Source of the DNA: Endomicrobiales bacterium
Lineage (GTDB): Bacteria > Elusimicrobiota > Endomicrobiia > Endomicrobiales > JALOBY01
Reading direction: 5' to 3'
NCBI GenBank assembly: GCA_963796955.1
Contig: CAWCNJ010000005.1
Coordinates: 192,001-256,000, forward strand
DNA: 64,000 bases
The notes under the pieces are model-generated. The model saw only the letters and a program-made list of their open reading frames with translations. It was not told the DNA's origin and did no database searches. Positions 49,528 through 60,187 of this stretch are shown here, one piece after another. The position numbers were made by a program, and so were the translations under genes. Position 1 is the first letter of the stretch; every line of letters starts with the position of its first letter.

Positions 49528-50974
49528 TGTTCCACCATCCGCCGCCCAGCGCCTGAAAAAGCGCGGCCGTATCGGCATAGAGCGCCGCCTGGGCCTGGAC
49601 GAAATTAAGATAAGCTTCCTGGTACTGCTGCTGCGCGCTTAAAAGGCTCGGGTAACTTATCGCGCCGAGTTCAAAACGGGTCTGCGTAAGATCGACGGTC
49701 TTCCGCGCCGTCTGTTGTGCTTCCGTTCGCAGGGCAAGGGTTTCCGTATCGCTGTTAAGAGCCCGCAAGGCGTCAGCGACATTTTGGAACGCGATAAGCA
49801 CGGTCTGTCGGTATTGCGACGCTGCCTGCTCATAGGCATCTGCCGCCGCCCGCCGCTTTGCCGTAAGCTCTCCGCCGTGATAGACCGCCTGCTGTAGGGA
49901 AAGCCCGTAGGCCCAGGTGTTGGTCTCATCCTTGAAGAGCGTGTCGGCAGAGTCCGCCTGCCAGCCGTAGTTGGCTGTTAAAGAAATGTTCGGCAGCAAT
50001 TTCGCCGCGCTGACCCCGATCTGCGCGGAAGCCTGATGCAAAAGAGATTCCTGGGCGCGCACATCCGGCCGGTGCCGTACCAGCTGCGCCGGTACGCTGA
50101 GCGGTAATTTTTCCGGCAGGGTAAATTGCTCCAGGCTGAATTGCGGCAGCGCGGCCGCCTGCGATGGCAGTATGCCGCACAGAACGGCCAGCTGCGTGTG
50201 TGCTTGTTCAAGCGTTTTTTGCAGCTGCGGCATTTGCGCCCTGGACTGGGCCAGCAATGTCTGCTGCGCCAGCACGTCCGGCTGGGCCGCGGCACCCGCG
50301 CTTACACGGCTGCGGATCACCGTCAGCTGGGTTTCTTCGTCGGCGATTATCTGCTCGGTGGCCGTTATCTGCGCCCGTAACGAGGCTTCACGCACGGCGG
50401 TGGTCACGATGTTCGCGGTAAGCGCCAAGTGCGCCGCCTTCAGCTGAAAGTCCTGATAGTCCTCGAGCGCCTTAAGCGTTTCCACCTGCCTGCGGCTGCC
50501 GCCGAAAACATCGAACGTATAGGAAACGTTGACCGATGCGTTATACAAGTCAAAAACCGTCGTTCCCAGGGCGGGGATGCCGAAAGAGGTGCCGTTGAAT
50601 TTCTGGCGCATCGCCGAAAGCGTTGCATCGACGGCCGGATAATAGAGCGCGTCTGTCTGGGCCCGTCTCTGCGCCTGCGCATTTTTCAGGGCCGCGCGTG
50701 CGGCTGAAAGGGTCGGGCTGTTGTCCAGCGCCGTGCGGATCAGGGCATCAAGGGGTGCGCAGCGGAACAGTTCCCACCACTGCGCCGGCAGGTCGGCATC
50801 CGGTTCAAAGCTTTGTGCCCCGGGGGCCGTTGCCGCATGCGCTGTCGTCGCGGGAAGCTTTTCAGCGGTATAAGAAGAACCTATATCCGGCGTTTTCGGC
50901 GAAGCGAAGCGCGGCCCGGCCGCGCACCCGGCTAAAAACACTGCATTCATAAGGATAATGAGTTGGTAGTTCAT
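49520..50974 (-). CDS. NodT/TolC outer-membrane efflux lipoprotein
   Basis: LAGC lipobox, WWELF, RPDVRA.E and LFQALGGGW. Confidence 0.92.
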   Translation of the reverse strand: MNYQLIILMNAVFLAGCAAGPRFASPKTPDIGSSYTAEKLPATTAHAATAPGAQSFEPDADLPAQWWELFRCAPLDALIRTALDNSPTLSAARAALKNAQAQRRAQTDALYYPAVDATLSAMRQKFNGTSFGIPALGTTVFDLYNASVNVSYTFDVFGGSRRQVETLKALEDYQDFQLKAAHLALTANIVTTAVREASLRAQITATEQIIADEETQLTVIRSRVSAGAAAQPDVLAQQTLLAQSRAQMPQLQKTLEQAHTQLAVLCGILPSQAAALPQFSLEQFTLPEKLPLSVPAQLVRHRPDVRAQESLLHQASAQIGVSAAKLLPNISLTANYGWQADSADTLFKDETNTWAYGLSLQQAVYHGGELTAKRRAAADAYEQAASQYRQTVLIAFQNVADALRALNSDTETLALRTEAQQTARKTVDLTQTRFELGAISYPSLLSAQQQYQEAYLNFVQAQAALYADTAALFQALGGGWWNND

Positions 50975-51158
50975 ATATGTGACCTACCTTACCATACTGG
51001 AAGGCCGCATGAAATGACTTCCGTTATAGAAATACTGTCCGCACATTCCGGTCAACGGCTCCTGCAGATGCGGCGGTCAGGGAAATACGGTTATACATCA
51101 TTGCGGCGGTTATTCCGGTGTGCCATAATGGACTCAACGTTGTTTAAAGGAGGCATGT

Positions 51159-51599
51159 ATGGATAACACACAGATGCTGGACAAACTGGGCTCGCTTATC
51201 GAGCTTGATTCATCGGCTATACGCGGCTACGATCAGGCCATAGAAAAGATAGATCAGGAGGATATCCGCACAGAGCTGGCTTCCTTCAGGGATGATCACA
51301 AACTGCATGTGCAGGAACTCTCTCTCGTGGTTCGCGGCCTGGGCGGGGAGGTGCCCACCGCCCCGGTGCAGGGCGCTCTGGTCTCCATGTTCACCGCTTT
51401 GCGCAGCGTGACCGGCACGAAGGGCGCTCTTGAAGCCATGTACACCAACGAGAAAATGACCAACAAAAAGTACGCCGAAGCGACGCTGCTTGATTTTCCC
51501 GTGGAAGTAAAAAAAATAGTTCTCAAGAATTACGAAGATGAAAAACGCCACCTGGCGTATGTGGAGTCAGCGCTGGAACTTGCGCCGCTGGCAAAATAA
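51159..51599 (+). CDS. Ferritin-like (DUF2383-type) protein
   Basis: Paralogue of 44836..45267; DDHKLH, NEKMTNKKY and DEKRH. Confidence 0.82.
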   Translation: MDNTQMLDKLGSLIELDSSAIRGYDQAIEKIDQEDIRTELASFRDDHKLHVQELSLVVRGLGGEVPTAPVQGALVSMFTALRSVTGTKGALEAMYTNEKMTNKKYAEATLLDFPVEVKKIVLKNYEDEKRHLAYVESALELAPLAK

Positions 51600-51768
51600 G
51601 CGAAAAGATACATTATCAACCGCCCGGGTATCGTCAATAGGCGATGGCCGGGCGGTTTTTTTACCGTTTTGTGTTTGATAAGAAAAGTCAATGTATGGCG
51701 AACAGGTGCTATCAAACTCCCGGTGATAAAAATACATAATGACACAATACCAATTCGGGGGGATTACC

Positions 51769-53331
51769 ATGCAGACAATTTACGAAAGTTTAAAAGGCGG
51801 CTTAAAGCCTTTCAGCGATCTGGTCTTGAGCCTGGGCAAAAAGCGGGAGGCGGCGCAGGAATCGCTCTTTGAGAAGATCAGCTCTTTTATGCTGGATAAG
51901 GATTCGGGGCGCAATTTGCTGTTGAAGGTTATAGAGAAAAACGTGGAGAAGCTGTTCCGGGAAGCGAACGAATCGGGCATCGGGTATATTGCGGATGTAA
52001 AAACGCAATACGCCGTCTCTCTGGCGCGTCGGATAAAACACAATCTGGACAGGGGCATCATATCTAAAACGTACATGAAAAGTATAATGAAAACGCTGTA
52101 CTACGGTCTTTTTTACAACAATAAAGAGTCGCTGGACTACAAGAAGACCTACGGCACGCTGCCGCCGGCATTTGTCACTATCTCGCCGACACACCGCTGC
52201 AATTTGAACTGCGACGGCTGTTACGCGGCAAGCACGGACAAAACGGTTTCATCGCTGCCCTACAAGGTAGTGGACCGTCTGGTAAATGAAATGCACGACC
52301 TTATGGGGTCGCGCTTCATAGTGTTCAGCGGCGGGGAGCCGTTCTTCTGGAAAGATGAGGGCAAGGGGATCATTGATATCGCCGAAAGCCATCCCGACAT
52401 GTTCTTTATGGTGTACACTAACGGCCTGCTGTTGAATGAAGAGACGATAAAGCGCCTGACGACCACCGCCAATCTCAGCCCCTCCATTTCAATAGAGGGT
52501 TACGGGGACCTGACCGACGCGCGCAGAGGCGCAGGCACGTATGCGAAAATAATGCAGACAACGGAGCTCATGAAAAAATACGGCTTTCCATTCGGTCTGT
52601 CGGTGACCGCCTCGAAAAAGAATATCGAGCTGCTGCTGGAGGACTCGTTCTACGAACATTTTTATGAGACGGTAGGCGCCACGTATATGTGGATGTTCCA
52701 GTATATGCCGATAGGAAGGGCGAAAGATACGATCGACCTGATGCTGACGCCCGAACAGCGGGTCAACCTGCTGAAGAAATGGGAACACCTGCTGTTCGAT
52801 AAATCCTATTTCGTCGCCGATTTCTGGAACTCCGGGGCCGGCAGCGACGGCTGCATCGCCTACGGCAGGCGCGGCGGATATTTTCATGTGAACTGGAAAG
52901 GCAACATTTCGCCCTGCGTCTTTATGCCGTACTGGAAAGATAATATCTACGACCTCTACCGGGACGGCAAAACCATAAAGGACGCCCTCTTCAGCGATTA
53001 TTTTGTGCGGGGCCGGGAATGGCAAAAGACAAAAAATATCTTTACGCCGCAGGCGGACAACCACTTCGCGCCCTGTTCCATACGCGATCATCACGCGCAG
53101 TTCAGGAAAGACATATTGGCTGCCGATATTAAGCCCGACGACGCGAACGCCGGCGCCGCCCTGCAGGATCCCGAATATTATGAAAAACTTACCCGGTACG
53201 GCACAGAGATCGGACGTCTTACCTTCCCGCTCTGGCAAAAGCGCGTAGGGCCGCAAGCCGGTCTCCGGAGCGTTGCGGACACTGGAACGCAACCGGTCGC
53301 CGTTGCCGCAACGGAAGCAAGCGGATCATGA
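51769..53331 (+). CDS. Radical SAM protein with SPASM/twitch-like C-terminus
   Basis: CNLNCDGC, SGGEP, TNG, GCIA..PCVF and PC.IRD. Confidence 0.88.
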   Translation: MQTIYESLKGGLKPFSDLVLSLGKKREAAQESLFEKISSFMLDKDSGRNLLLKVIEKNVEKLFREANESGIGYIADVKTQYAVSLARRIKHNLDRGIISKTYMKSIMKTLYYGLFYNNKESLDYKKTYGTLPPAFVTISPTHRCNLNCDGCYAASTDKTVSSLPYKVVDRLVNEMHDLMGSRFIVFSGGEPFFWKDEGKGIIDIAESHPDMFFMVYTNGLLLNEETIKRLTTTANLSPSISIEGYGDLTDARRGAGTYAKIMQTTELMKKYGFPFGLSVTASKKNIELLLEDSFYEHFYETVGATYMWMFQYMPIGRAKDTIDLMLTPEQRVNLLKKWEHLLFDKSYFVADFWNSGAGSDGCIAYGRRGGYFHVNWKGNISPCVFMPYWKDNIYDLYRDGKTIKDALFSDYFVRGREWQKTKNIFTPQADNHFAPCSIRDHHAQFRKDILAADIKPDDANAGAALQDPEYYEKLTRYGTEIGRLTFPLWQKRVGPQAGLRSVADTGTQPVAVAATEASGS

Positions 53332-54716
53332 GAATATTACTTGTCTATCCAAAGACCACCGTTCTTTACAAGGCGTTCAGCATCGATATTCCGCCGCTCG
53401 GGTTGCTGTATGTCGCCGGTAATTTAAGACAGCACGGCCACATTGTCTCTATCCTCGATGAAAATGTGAACGGCCCGGTGGAGCAAAACGATATGGCACA
53501 ATACGACGTGATAGGTCTGGGCCCCAGTACCTGCTGTTACAACAGGGCGCTTACCATAGCGGCACGGGCCAAGGAAATGAAAAAGTTCGTCATGATGGGC
53601 GGTTTTCACGCCACCTTCATGGATGAGGAAACGCTCAGGACCGGTTTTGTGGATGCCGTGGTGCGGGGAGAGGGGGAAGTGACATCCGCGGCGCTGGCTG
53701 ACACGCTGGCGGGCGGCGAAGATATCGGCACCGTTCTAGGAGTCAGTTATCTGAACGGGAATACCCTGGTCAGAACGCCGGACCGCCCCGTGCTGGAGGA
53801 CCTGGATTCGATCCCCTACCCTGCCCGGGACCTGATAGATATTTCCAAATACCGGCTTTTCCTGGAAGGGAAACCCGTGACGCCGTTCTCCACCTCCCGG
53901 GGCTGCTCGCACGACTGTCATTTCTGCGCCGCGACAAAATTCAACGCACGGCGTTGGCGGGCGCGCCGGCCGGAACTGGTAGTGGATGAGATGGAATACG
54001 CGCTTAACAAGCGTCAGGGCGAAGGTTTTATCATAACCGACGATAATTTTACCGTCAACCCCAAACGGGTCAGGGAGATCTGCGGCCTGATACGCTCACG
54101 GGGCCTGCATATTCCCTGGTGGTGCATGTCGCGCACGGACGTGCTGGTGAACAACCGCGACATAGTGAAAAATATGGCGGACGCCGGCTGCAAGACGGTA
54201 TTCCTGGGGATAGAAAGCGGCAAGGAGGATGTGCTCTCCGATATGAACAAGCGGGCGACGACGGCCATGGCCAGGGAAGCGGTGGATATTCTGAACGACG
54301 CCGGCATCGGGGCGTACGGCAGCTTTATTATGGGCGACATACGCGAAACAGCGGCGGATATTAAAAAAACGATAGCGTTCAGTAAAAGCCTGAAGCTGGA
54401 GGTCGCGCAATTCTCTATTATTACGCCCTTCCCGGGCACCGAACTGTACAAAAACGTCAAGGACAGGATCAGTGACACCAACTGGGACCATTATGAGGGG
54501 CTGCACAGCGTTATCAGACTGGATACCCTGTCGAAGAAGAAAGTTGAGAATCTTCTGCTGAAAGCCTACCTGGGTTTTTATCTGCGGCCCAGGATACTGT
54601 GGTTGATATTCAAGAATATCATCGTGCGCAACAGATCCCTGAAGGTGATCTGGACTCTCAGCTCCGCATTCCTCAAACGCATCTTTAAGGACACCGCGCC
54701 CGTTACCGCCAAATAG
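53328..54716 (+). CDS. B12-binding radical SAM protein
   Basis: PPLGLLY, GGFHAT, GEGE, SRGCSHDCHFC, GIESG and TPFPGT. Confidence 0.92.
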   Translation: MRILLVYPKTTVLYKAFSIDIPPLGLLYVAGNLRQHGHIVSILDENVNGPVEQNDMAQYDVIGLGPSTCCYNRALTIAARAKEMKKFVMMGGFHATFMDEETLRTGFVDAVVRGEGEVTSAALADTLAGGEDIGTVLGVSYLNGNTLVRTPDRPVLEDLDSIPYPARDLIDISKYRLFLEGKPVTPFSTSRGCSHDCHFCAATKFNARRWRARRPELVVDEMEYALNKRQGEGFIITDDNFTVNPKRVREICGLIRSRGLHIPWWCMSRTDVLVNNRDIVKNMADAGCKTVFLGIESGKEDVLSDMNKRATTAMAREAVDILNDAGIGAYGSFIMGDIRETAADIKKTIAFSKSLKLEVAQFSIITPFPGTELYKNVKDRISDTNWDHYEGLHSVIRLDTLSKKKVENLLLKAYLGFYLRPRILWLIFKNIIVRNRSLKVIWTLSSAFLKRIFKDTAPVTAK

Positions 54717-54743
54717 AATGTTCTGGTAAAGAAAGGAGAGTGT

Positions 54744-55202
54744 ATGACCGTAAAAACCGAAGAGCTTAACAGGATGCTGGTACTGCAGGAGATGGGTCAG
54801 GTGGAAGACTCGGCGTCCTATCTTGCCGATGATTTTAAATTTTCAGGGCCCGTGCCGGAACCGCTGAATAAAAATCAATTCGTCTCGCTTATGACGGGTC
54901 TTACGACCGCGCTGCCCGATTGGCGATTCAATCATGTCTTTCTGGAAGACCGGGGCGATACGGTACGCATGAAAATACGGGTTACCGGCACCAATCTTGG
55001 TTTGATAAGCCTGCCCCAGCTCGGCCTTGCTTCTCTGGCGCCTACGCGTAAAAGGGTCGCGCTGCCGGATGAACCGGTTGAAATAGTATTCCGGAACGAA
55101 AAGATAATTTCTATCAAGATCACGCCCGTGGACGGCGGCGGTATCCGCGGCTTATTCGATCAATTGGGGATAGAGCTGCCCGCACCGGCCATGGCGAGAT
55201 AG
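54744..55202 (+). CDS. SnoaL/NTF2-like protein
   Basis: LADDF, ALPDW, VTGT..G and GLFDQLG pattern. Confidence 0.7.
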   Translation: MTVKTEELNRMLVLQEMGQVEDSASYLADDFKFSGPVPEPLNKNQFVSLMTGLTTALPDWRFNHVFLEDRGDTVRMKIRVTGTNLGLISLPQLGLASLAPTRKRVALPDEPVEIVFRNEKIISIKITPVDGGGIRGLFDQLGIELPAPAMAR

Positions 55203-55313
55203 TACACCAGCGGGGAATCAAGTTACTGAATTGCGAATACAGGCAATTTGCTCTCGGGTCCGATAATGGTATCGTAATTATGCAGTACTATAAAAAGAAG
55301 ATGGAGGAACATT

Positions 55314-55565
55314 ATGAAGAGCATGAGGATAGTTATTACGTTGATGCTGTTGGGAGCCGGTTCATTGGGCCTGGCGTATGCCCAATCATCCCAGGAGGTA
55401 ATGAAATCTACCGAAACTCAAACTGAGAAGGTAAGCATGACCTCGACCAACGACGCAGGGACGAACAGTTCCGATACGAACACGAACTACGATTCGAAAA
55501 CAAGCACGTCCAGTTCGACCGGCACCGGGACGAATACGGACATGGGTACCGGCACCACTAAATAG
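55314..55565 (+). CDS. Small secreted Ser/Thr-rich peptide
   Basis: GGAGG RBS; signal peptide (AYA); low-complexity tail; terminator at about 55585-55627. Confidence 0.65.
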   Translation: MKSMRIVITLMLLGAGSLGLAYAQSSQEVMKSTETQTEKVSMTSTNDAGTNSSDTNTNYDSKTSTSSSTGTGTNTDMGTGTTK

Positions 55566-55643
55566 TGCGCCGTACCGGTCCAAGAAAAGCCGCCATGATA
55601 GGTAATATCATGGCGGCTCTTTTTTTGTCCCGGTGCTGCGGTG

Positions 55644-56372
55644 TTACAGCATTATCTTGATACCGATCTCGGCAATGAGACCGCTGAAATCATATTCAAG
55701 CTTGTTGCCGTTCAGATCTTTGACGACCGAATCTTTGGTGACGCCGAGCAAGGTGTTATCTTCCGATGCTTTTTCCTCAGAGACCTTCACATACCGGTAG
55801 CCCGCGTCTATGCCGATGGAGACCGCGCCTGAAAGCCGGTAGTCCCAGCCCAGAAGCGCGTTGCCCGCAAAGCCCGTGCCCTTGCTGTCAACAGAGGTGT
55901 CGAGGCCGAAGGGCGTTGTTACCTTTGTTGTGTTATAGGCCGTGGCGTAGCCGCCGAACAGTCCGGCACTGACGCAGGAATGGTTGGCAAAGCTTGTGCC
56001 GTCTTCATATTTCTTTATGAAGAACCTGCCGCCCACCATTACCGGCAGCGCCCATTGGTCGCTTTTGGTTTCAGCGAACGCGGTTGATATCTTACCGGTG
56101 TTAAGCATCAGATATTCAACCCTTGGTCCTATCGCCCACCGGTCACCGACATGGAACAACAGTTCCGCGGCGGCCGTGCCCGCGTTGTCCGTTTTATCCA
56201 CCGTACCGCCCGTCAGGGAACCGATCTGCTGCTGGGTATCGTTGAACTTGCTCATGTCTACGGTGGCGTATCCGCCCCACAGGCTCAGGCTTATGGTACT
56301 GGTCTCGTCGGCAACACCCGCGGCGGCAAGCCCCGCTATCAATGCAAATAGTACTATCCATGTTTTTTTCAT
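55644..56372 (-). CDS. Outer-membrane beta-barrel protein
   Basis: Signal peptide; IGPRVEY, LPVMVGG, IDAGYRY and DFSG strands. Confidence 0.75.
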   Translation of the reverse strand: MKKTWIVLFALIAGLAAAGVADETSTISLSLWGGYATVDMSKFNDTQQQIGSLTGGTVDKTDNAGTAAAELLFHVGDRWAIGPRVEYLMLNTGKISTAFAETKSDQWALPVMVGGRFFIKKYEDGTSFANHSCVSAGLFGGYATAYNTTKVTTPFGLDTSVDSKGTGFAGNALLGWDYRLSGAVSIGIDAGYRYVKVSEEKASEDNTLLGVTKDSVVKDLNGNKLEYDFSGLIAEIGIKIML

Positions 56373-56457
56373 ATAACCTCCCTAGCTTCTTTAAAAGTAC
56401 CCGGCAGCAAACCGTGGTTCACCGCCGGGTAAAAGTATCTCCTATCGTTTGTGCCGC

Positions 56458-56898
56458 TTAGCGTACGGCCGAAGGCGTGGCGGTCCTGATGGAATTTTCA
56501 AGATCGTCCATCGCGTTCTCTACGCTCTTTGTGCTTTCAGAGGTAGAGGTCGGCTTCAGGTTGTTCAGCATGCTCTTAACCGAGGTCCTCTTTCCTTTTA
56601 ATTCAGCGATGGCCGTATCCATTTTATCGCGCTCGGCGCCCGACATATTATCGGCGTTCTTTTTAAGGGCGTCGATCCTGTTGTCTGCGGCGCTCAGCCG
56701 GTTCTTCATGGTCTCCTTGAATCCGTTGATGTTGGCCGTCCCGGTGCCCGTATCGCCCCAAGACGAGTCCTTGTTCGTCGGTGTTGTCATCGTGTCGCTG
56801 GAACTTTGACCGCTGTAGTTCATCTCCGCTGACGACACTGAAGCCATCAAAGACATCCCAAGGAACAGGTACAGTATAAACGAAGCTGTTTTTTTCAT
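56458..56898 (-). CDS. Secreted coiled-coil hypothetical protein
   Basis: Signal peptide; paralogous to 60188..60748. Confidence 0.65.
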   Translation of the reverse strand: MKKTASFILYLFLGMSLMASVSSAEMNYSGQSSSDTMTTPTNKDSSWGDTGTGTANINGFKETMKNRLSAADNRIDALKKNADNMSGAERDKMDTAIAELKGKRTSVKSMLNNLKPTSTSESTKSVENAMDDLENSIRTATPSAVR

Positions 56899-57027
56899 TT
56901 TTCCTCCGTGCTGCTGGTATTTACATTCGTTCAGGCTTAACGCCTAACGCTGCATGCATAACTGTAGTATATACCGCTGTACTAAGACATTGTCTGTTTC
57001 ACCATCACGGTGACTTAAATTTCCGCC

Positions 57028-57483
57028 TCAAATAATGGCCGGGGCCGGGTGGCGGCTGTAGGTGCCTGTCAGACTTGCCTGCGCGATGATATGACCGTGC
57101 ATAGCTTCTTTGAGCGTATCCGTCGCTGTTCCCTCAGGCAGGCCGAGCCTGGTATCAAGCGCGTAAAGGTTGAACACATAGCGGTGCGTCCCTGAAGGCG
57201 GCCGGGGCCCCGAGTAGTTTTTTCTTTTCGCGTCATTAGTGCCCTGAACACCCGGAATACTGTCTTCCGCGATAACGGCGGTCGCGGGTGGAATATCGAA
57301 GACGGTCCAATGGATAAAACTGCCCCCCGGAGCGTCGATATCCTCCATAATAAGGGCAAGGCTTTCGGCTTTCTGCGGTACCCCGGAAATATTCAGACAT
57401 GGATTAACACAGTCTCCTTCTTCATACGAGAATCTTTCGGGCATGGCCTCGTGGTCTTTAAATGCATTTGAAGTTATGTTCAT
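57028..57483 (-). CDS. YbhB/YbcL (PEBP) family protein
   Basis: DIDAP..FIHW and GPRPPSGTHRY.F..YALD. Confidence 0.92.
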   Translation of the reverse strand: MNITSNAFKDHEAMPERFSYEEGDCVNPCLNISGVPQKAESLALIMEDIDAPGGSFIHWTVFDIPPATAVIAEDSIPGVQGTNDAKRKNYSGPRPPSGTHRYVFNLYALDTRLGLPEGTATDTLKEAMHGHIIAQASLTGTYSRHPAPAII

Positions 57484-57665
57484 ACGTCCCTCCTTAATGG
57501 TCTGCTGCAGCGGTCACGCGTGCATTGTAATACTTACATTTTTCTTTCACAAGGCCCGTCCGTGACTTATTTCTTCCTGAATAAAAGTCATGTATCCTGG
57601 CAAACCGGCGATTAATTATGGCCTGCGTTAATGGCATAGTAATACCGGCTGCATAAGACCTTTGT

Positions 57666-58637
57666 ATGGAGCATATAGTGAAAAAATTGAACATATTGAC
57701 CTGGCATGTGCACGGTAATTACCTATATTATCTAAGCCGGATACCGCACAATGTCTATGTGCCGTATAAGGAGAGCAGGCCGCCGGATTACAGCGGAAGG
57801 CCGCCCGGTTTTAACTGGCCGGACAACCTGCATGAAGTCCCCGCCGAGCAGGTAAAGGAACTGCATTTGGATTGCATATTATTTCAACGGCGTTCCCAGT
57901 ACCTGAATGACCAGTACCTGCTGCTGAGCCCCGAGCAACAGCGGCTGCCGAAGATCTATCTTGAGCACGCTGCGGTATGCGAGGTGCTTTCGGCGTGCGG
58001 GGTTAATGTGATCGCCGCCGATGTACAGGCGGAGGCGGCGTTGAAAGTCGCGCAAGAACTGCAGGATAAAGGCGGCTCCGCCCGGGCGGTAACGCTGGAC
58101 GTGGGGGACGAAGGGCAGGCGCAAAAAGCCGTGCAGCAGGCGGTAGATGAATTCGGTGCGCTGGATATCCTGATCAATAACGCGGGAGTGGACGTTACCT
58201 GTTCCATCGACGAGATGACCTGCGCGGATTGGGACAAAATAATCCGCGTCAATCTGCGCGGTCCGTTCGTGATGTCAAAGTACGCCCTTGAGGCGATGCG
58301 CGCTCAGGGCTCCGGACACATCGTAAATATTTCTTCGACGGCGGCTAAACGGGCCTGGGCGAACGCCTCCGGTTATCATGCCAGCAAATGGGGCCTGCTG
58401 GGTTTCAGCCACGCCCTGCATGTGGAAGCGCGCCCGCACAATATAAAAGTAACGGCGGTGGTCAGCGGCGGCATGCGCACACCTTTTTTGCTGGACCGCT
58501 TCCCCGACATAGACCCGAATAATTTGCAGGACCCGCGCAACGTCGCGGAAACGATCCGTTATGTGCTCAGCCAGCCCGCGGGCACCGTGATCCCCGAGGT
58601 CATGGTGTTGCCCATGCGGGAAACCTCCTGGCCCTGA
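57666..58637 (+). other. In-frame chimera: glycosyltransferase N-terminus fused to an SDR lacking its GxxxGxG motif
   Basis: LNILTWHVHGNYLYYL..LPKIYLEH joins at about 57968 to AAVCEVL..NNAG..YHASKWG. Confidence 0.7.
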
Positions 58638-58659
58638 TCCTATAGATAGGAGTGTAATT

Positions 58660-59275
58660 ATGTATACCCTTGGAATAAACGCCGCCTTCCACGATTCCGC
58701 GGCAAGCCTGGTAAAGGACGGTGCGGTGCTGGCCGCAACCGAGGAAGAACGGTTTACCGGTATAAAGCACGGCAAGCGCCCGGTACCGTTCTCCACGTAT
58801 GAGCTGCCGTTCCATGCGATAGACCACTGCCTGTCGTACGCCGGTATTTCTATGAGAGAGGTCGACCATGTGGCCTACTCCTACGATCCGGCCCTCAGGC
58901 TGCACGGCCGTCCAGAGACCGTCGTAACACTGCCGCTGCAGCCGAGCGCGCAGGCCGCGCCGGAAGGGTGGGAATCCCCGTGGGACCCTTTGTTCGTTTC
59001 CTCTATCGTGAACGCCCCCCGGCAGCTGGCGGACGGTGCCCCGCATCATCTGGCGGAACGTTTCCGCGGTGTCGATTATAACGGTCCTCAGCGCTGGCAT
59101 TTTGTTGATCACCACCGGGCCCACGCCGCAAGCGCCTACCTGCCATCCCCTTTCGACGAAGCGGCGGTGCTCACGCTCGACGGCCGCGGGGAGAACATGA
59201 CCACCGGCTACAGTCTGGGCTCGCAACATACGCTGACCGAACTGGGCAGCGTGCGCATGCCGCACTCCCTGGGGC
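58660..59275 (+). pseudogene. Carbamoyltransferase (NodU/CmcH), N-terminal part only
   Basis: LGINAAFHDSAA, EEERF, HHRAHAASA, DGRGE and PHSLG, then abrupt loss of similarity. Confidence 0.85.
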
Positions 59276-59626
59276 ATCAGCATTGCCCAGCAGAAAAATA
59301 GCATGTTCAACGCCCTGCTGTACAAAAAGCATCCGGAGCTGTTCCTGGAACGCATACAAGCGCAGCCGCCGCTGCGCTATTACGCGATAATCATGTGTTT
59401 TACGGCGGCACTGGCCGGCGCGTTAGCCGGCAAAACGGAAATAACGCTGGAGTTCGCCCTCGGCTGGCTGGGCCTGACGCTCTTTTTTGTCGTTGATCGC
59501 CTGACCGGCGCTTCTATTGCGGCGCCTCATATAGTAGAGATGCTCCTTACCTCGCTCGCCGTCCCGTTCCTGTCGGTCTTTTGGCGGCTCTATGGGGCGG
59601 TAAAGTTCAAAGTCGCATATATATAA
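59267..59626 (+). pseudogene. C-terminal remnant of a GT2-like glycosyltransferase
   Basis: PWGISIAQQKNSMFNALLYKKHP followed by TM helices; no catalytic N-terminus. Confidence 0.6.
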
Positions 59627-59628
59627 GC

Positions 59629-60108
59629 TCAGCGTCCTGCGCTCTTCACCGGGCTGCCGTATCTGCCCGTCAGGGTCCCTTCGTCCAGCAGGCGGCCGTT
59701 TATCGCATCAAGCAGCTGCCGGTATGTTGCGCCGGGGTTCAGGCCGGTCTTAGAATCCAGCGCGTAGATCTTGAAGACGTATCTGTGCACGCCGCTCGCC
59801 GGATGCGGCCCGCCGTAGCCGATAGCGCCAAAGTCGTTCCTTCCCTGTTTTGTGCCGTCGTTCAATATGCCTGCCGGCGCTATATCTTCCGTTAGCCGCG
59901 CGAGCACCGCAGGGATGTCGTACAGGAGCCAGTGCACCCAGATACCCTTGACAGAATCGGGATCCGTGCAGGTGAGCGCCAGGCTTTTTACGCCGTTCGC
60001 GGGACGGCCCCAGGACAGCGGCGGTGAAATATTCTCGCCGTCGTGCGTGTACTTTTCGGGGATCATCCCATTTTCTTTGAATACCGGGCTGGTAAGTAGA
60101 ATGGTCAT
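59629..60108 (-). CDS. YbhB/YbcL (PEBP) family protein
   Basis: SPPLSW, DPD..WVHW and YGGPHP..HRY. Confidence 0.92.
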   Translation of the reverse strand: MTILLTSPVFKENGMIPEKYTHDGENISPPLSWGRPANGVKSLALTCTDPDSVKGIWVHWLLYDIPAVLARLTEDIAPAGILNDGTKQGRNDFGAIGYGGPHPASGVHRYVFKIYALDSKTGLNPGATYRQLLDAINGRLLDEGTLTGRYGSPVKSAGR

Positions 60109-60187
60109 AGTAGTACCCTCTCTTTTATACATAAAAGAAAACACCGTGCCGTGAGGCGACGGTGTTTTCTTTATGCGTTACGTTAAA

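Noticed and set aside
55314..55565. Definite RiPP precursor for the radical SAM pair
   Set aside because: It has a Sec-type signal peptide and resembles other Ser/Thr-rich secreted proteins nearby; no peptidase, transporter or RRE is evident.
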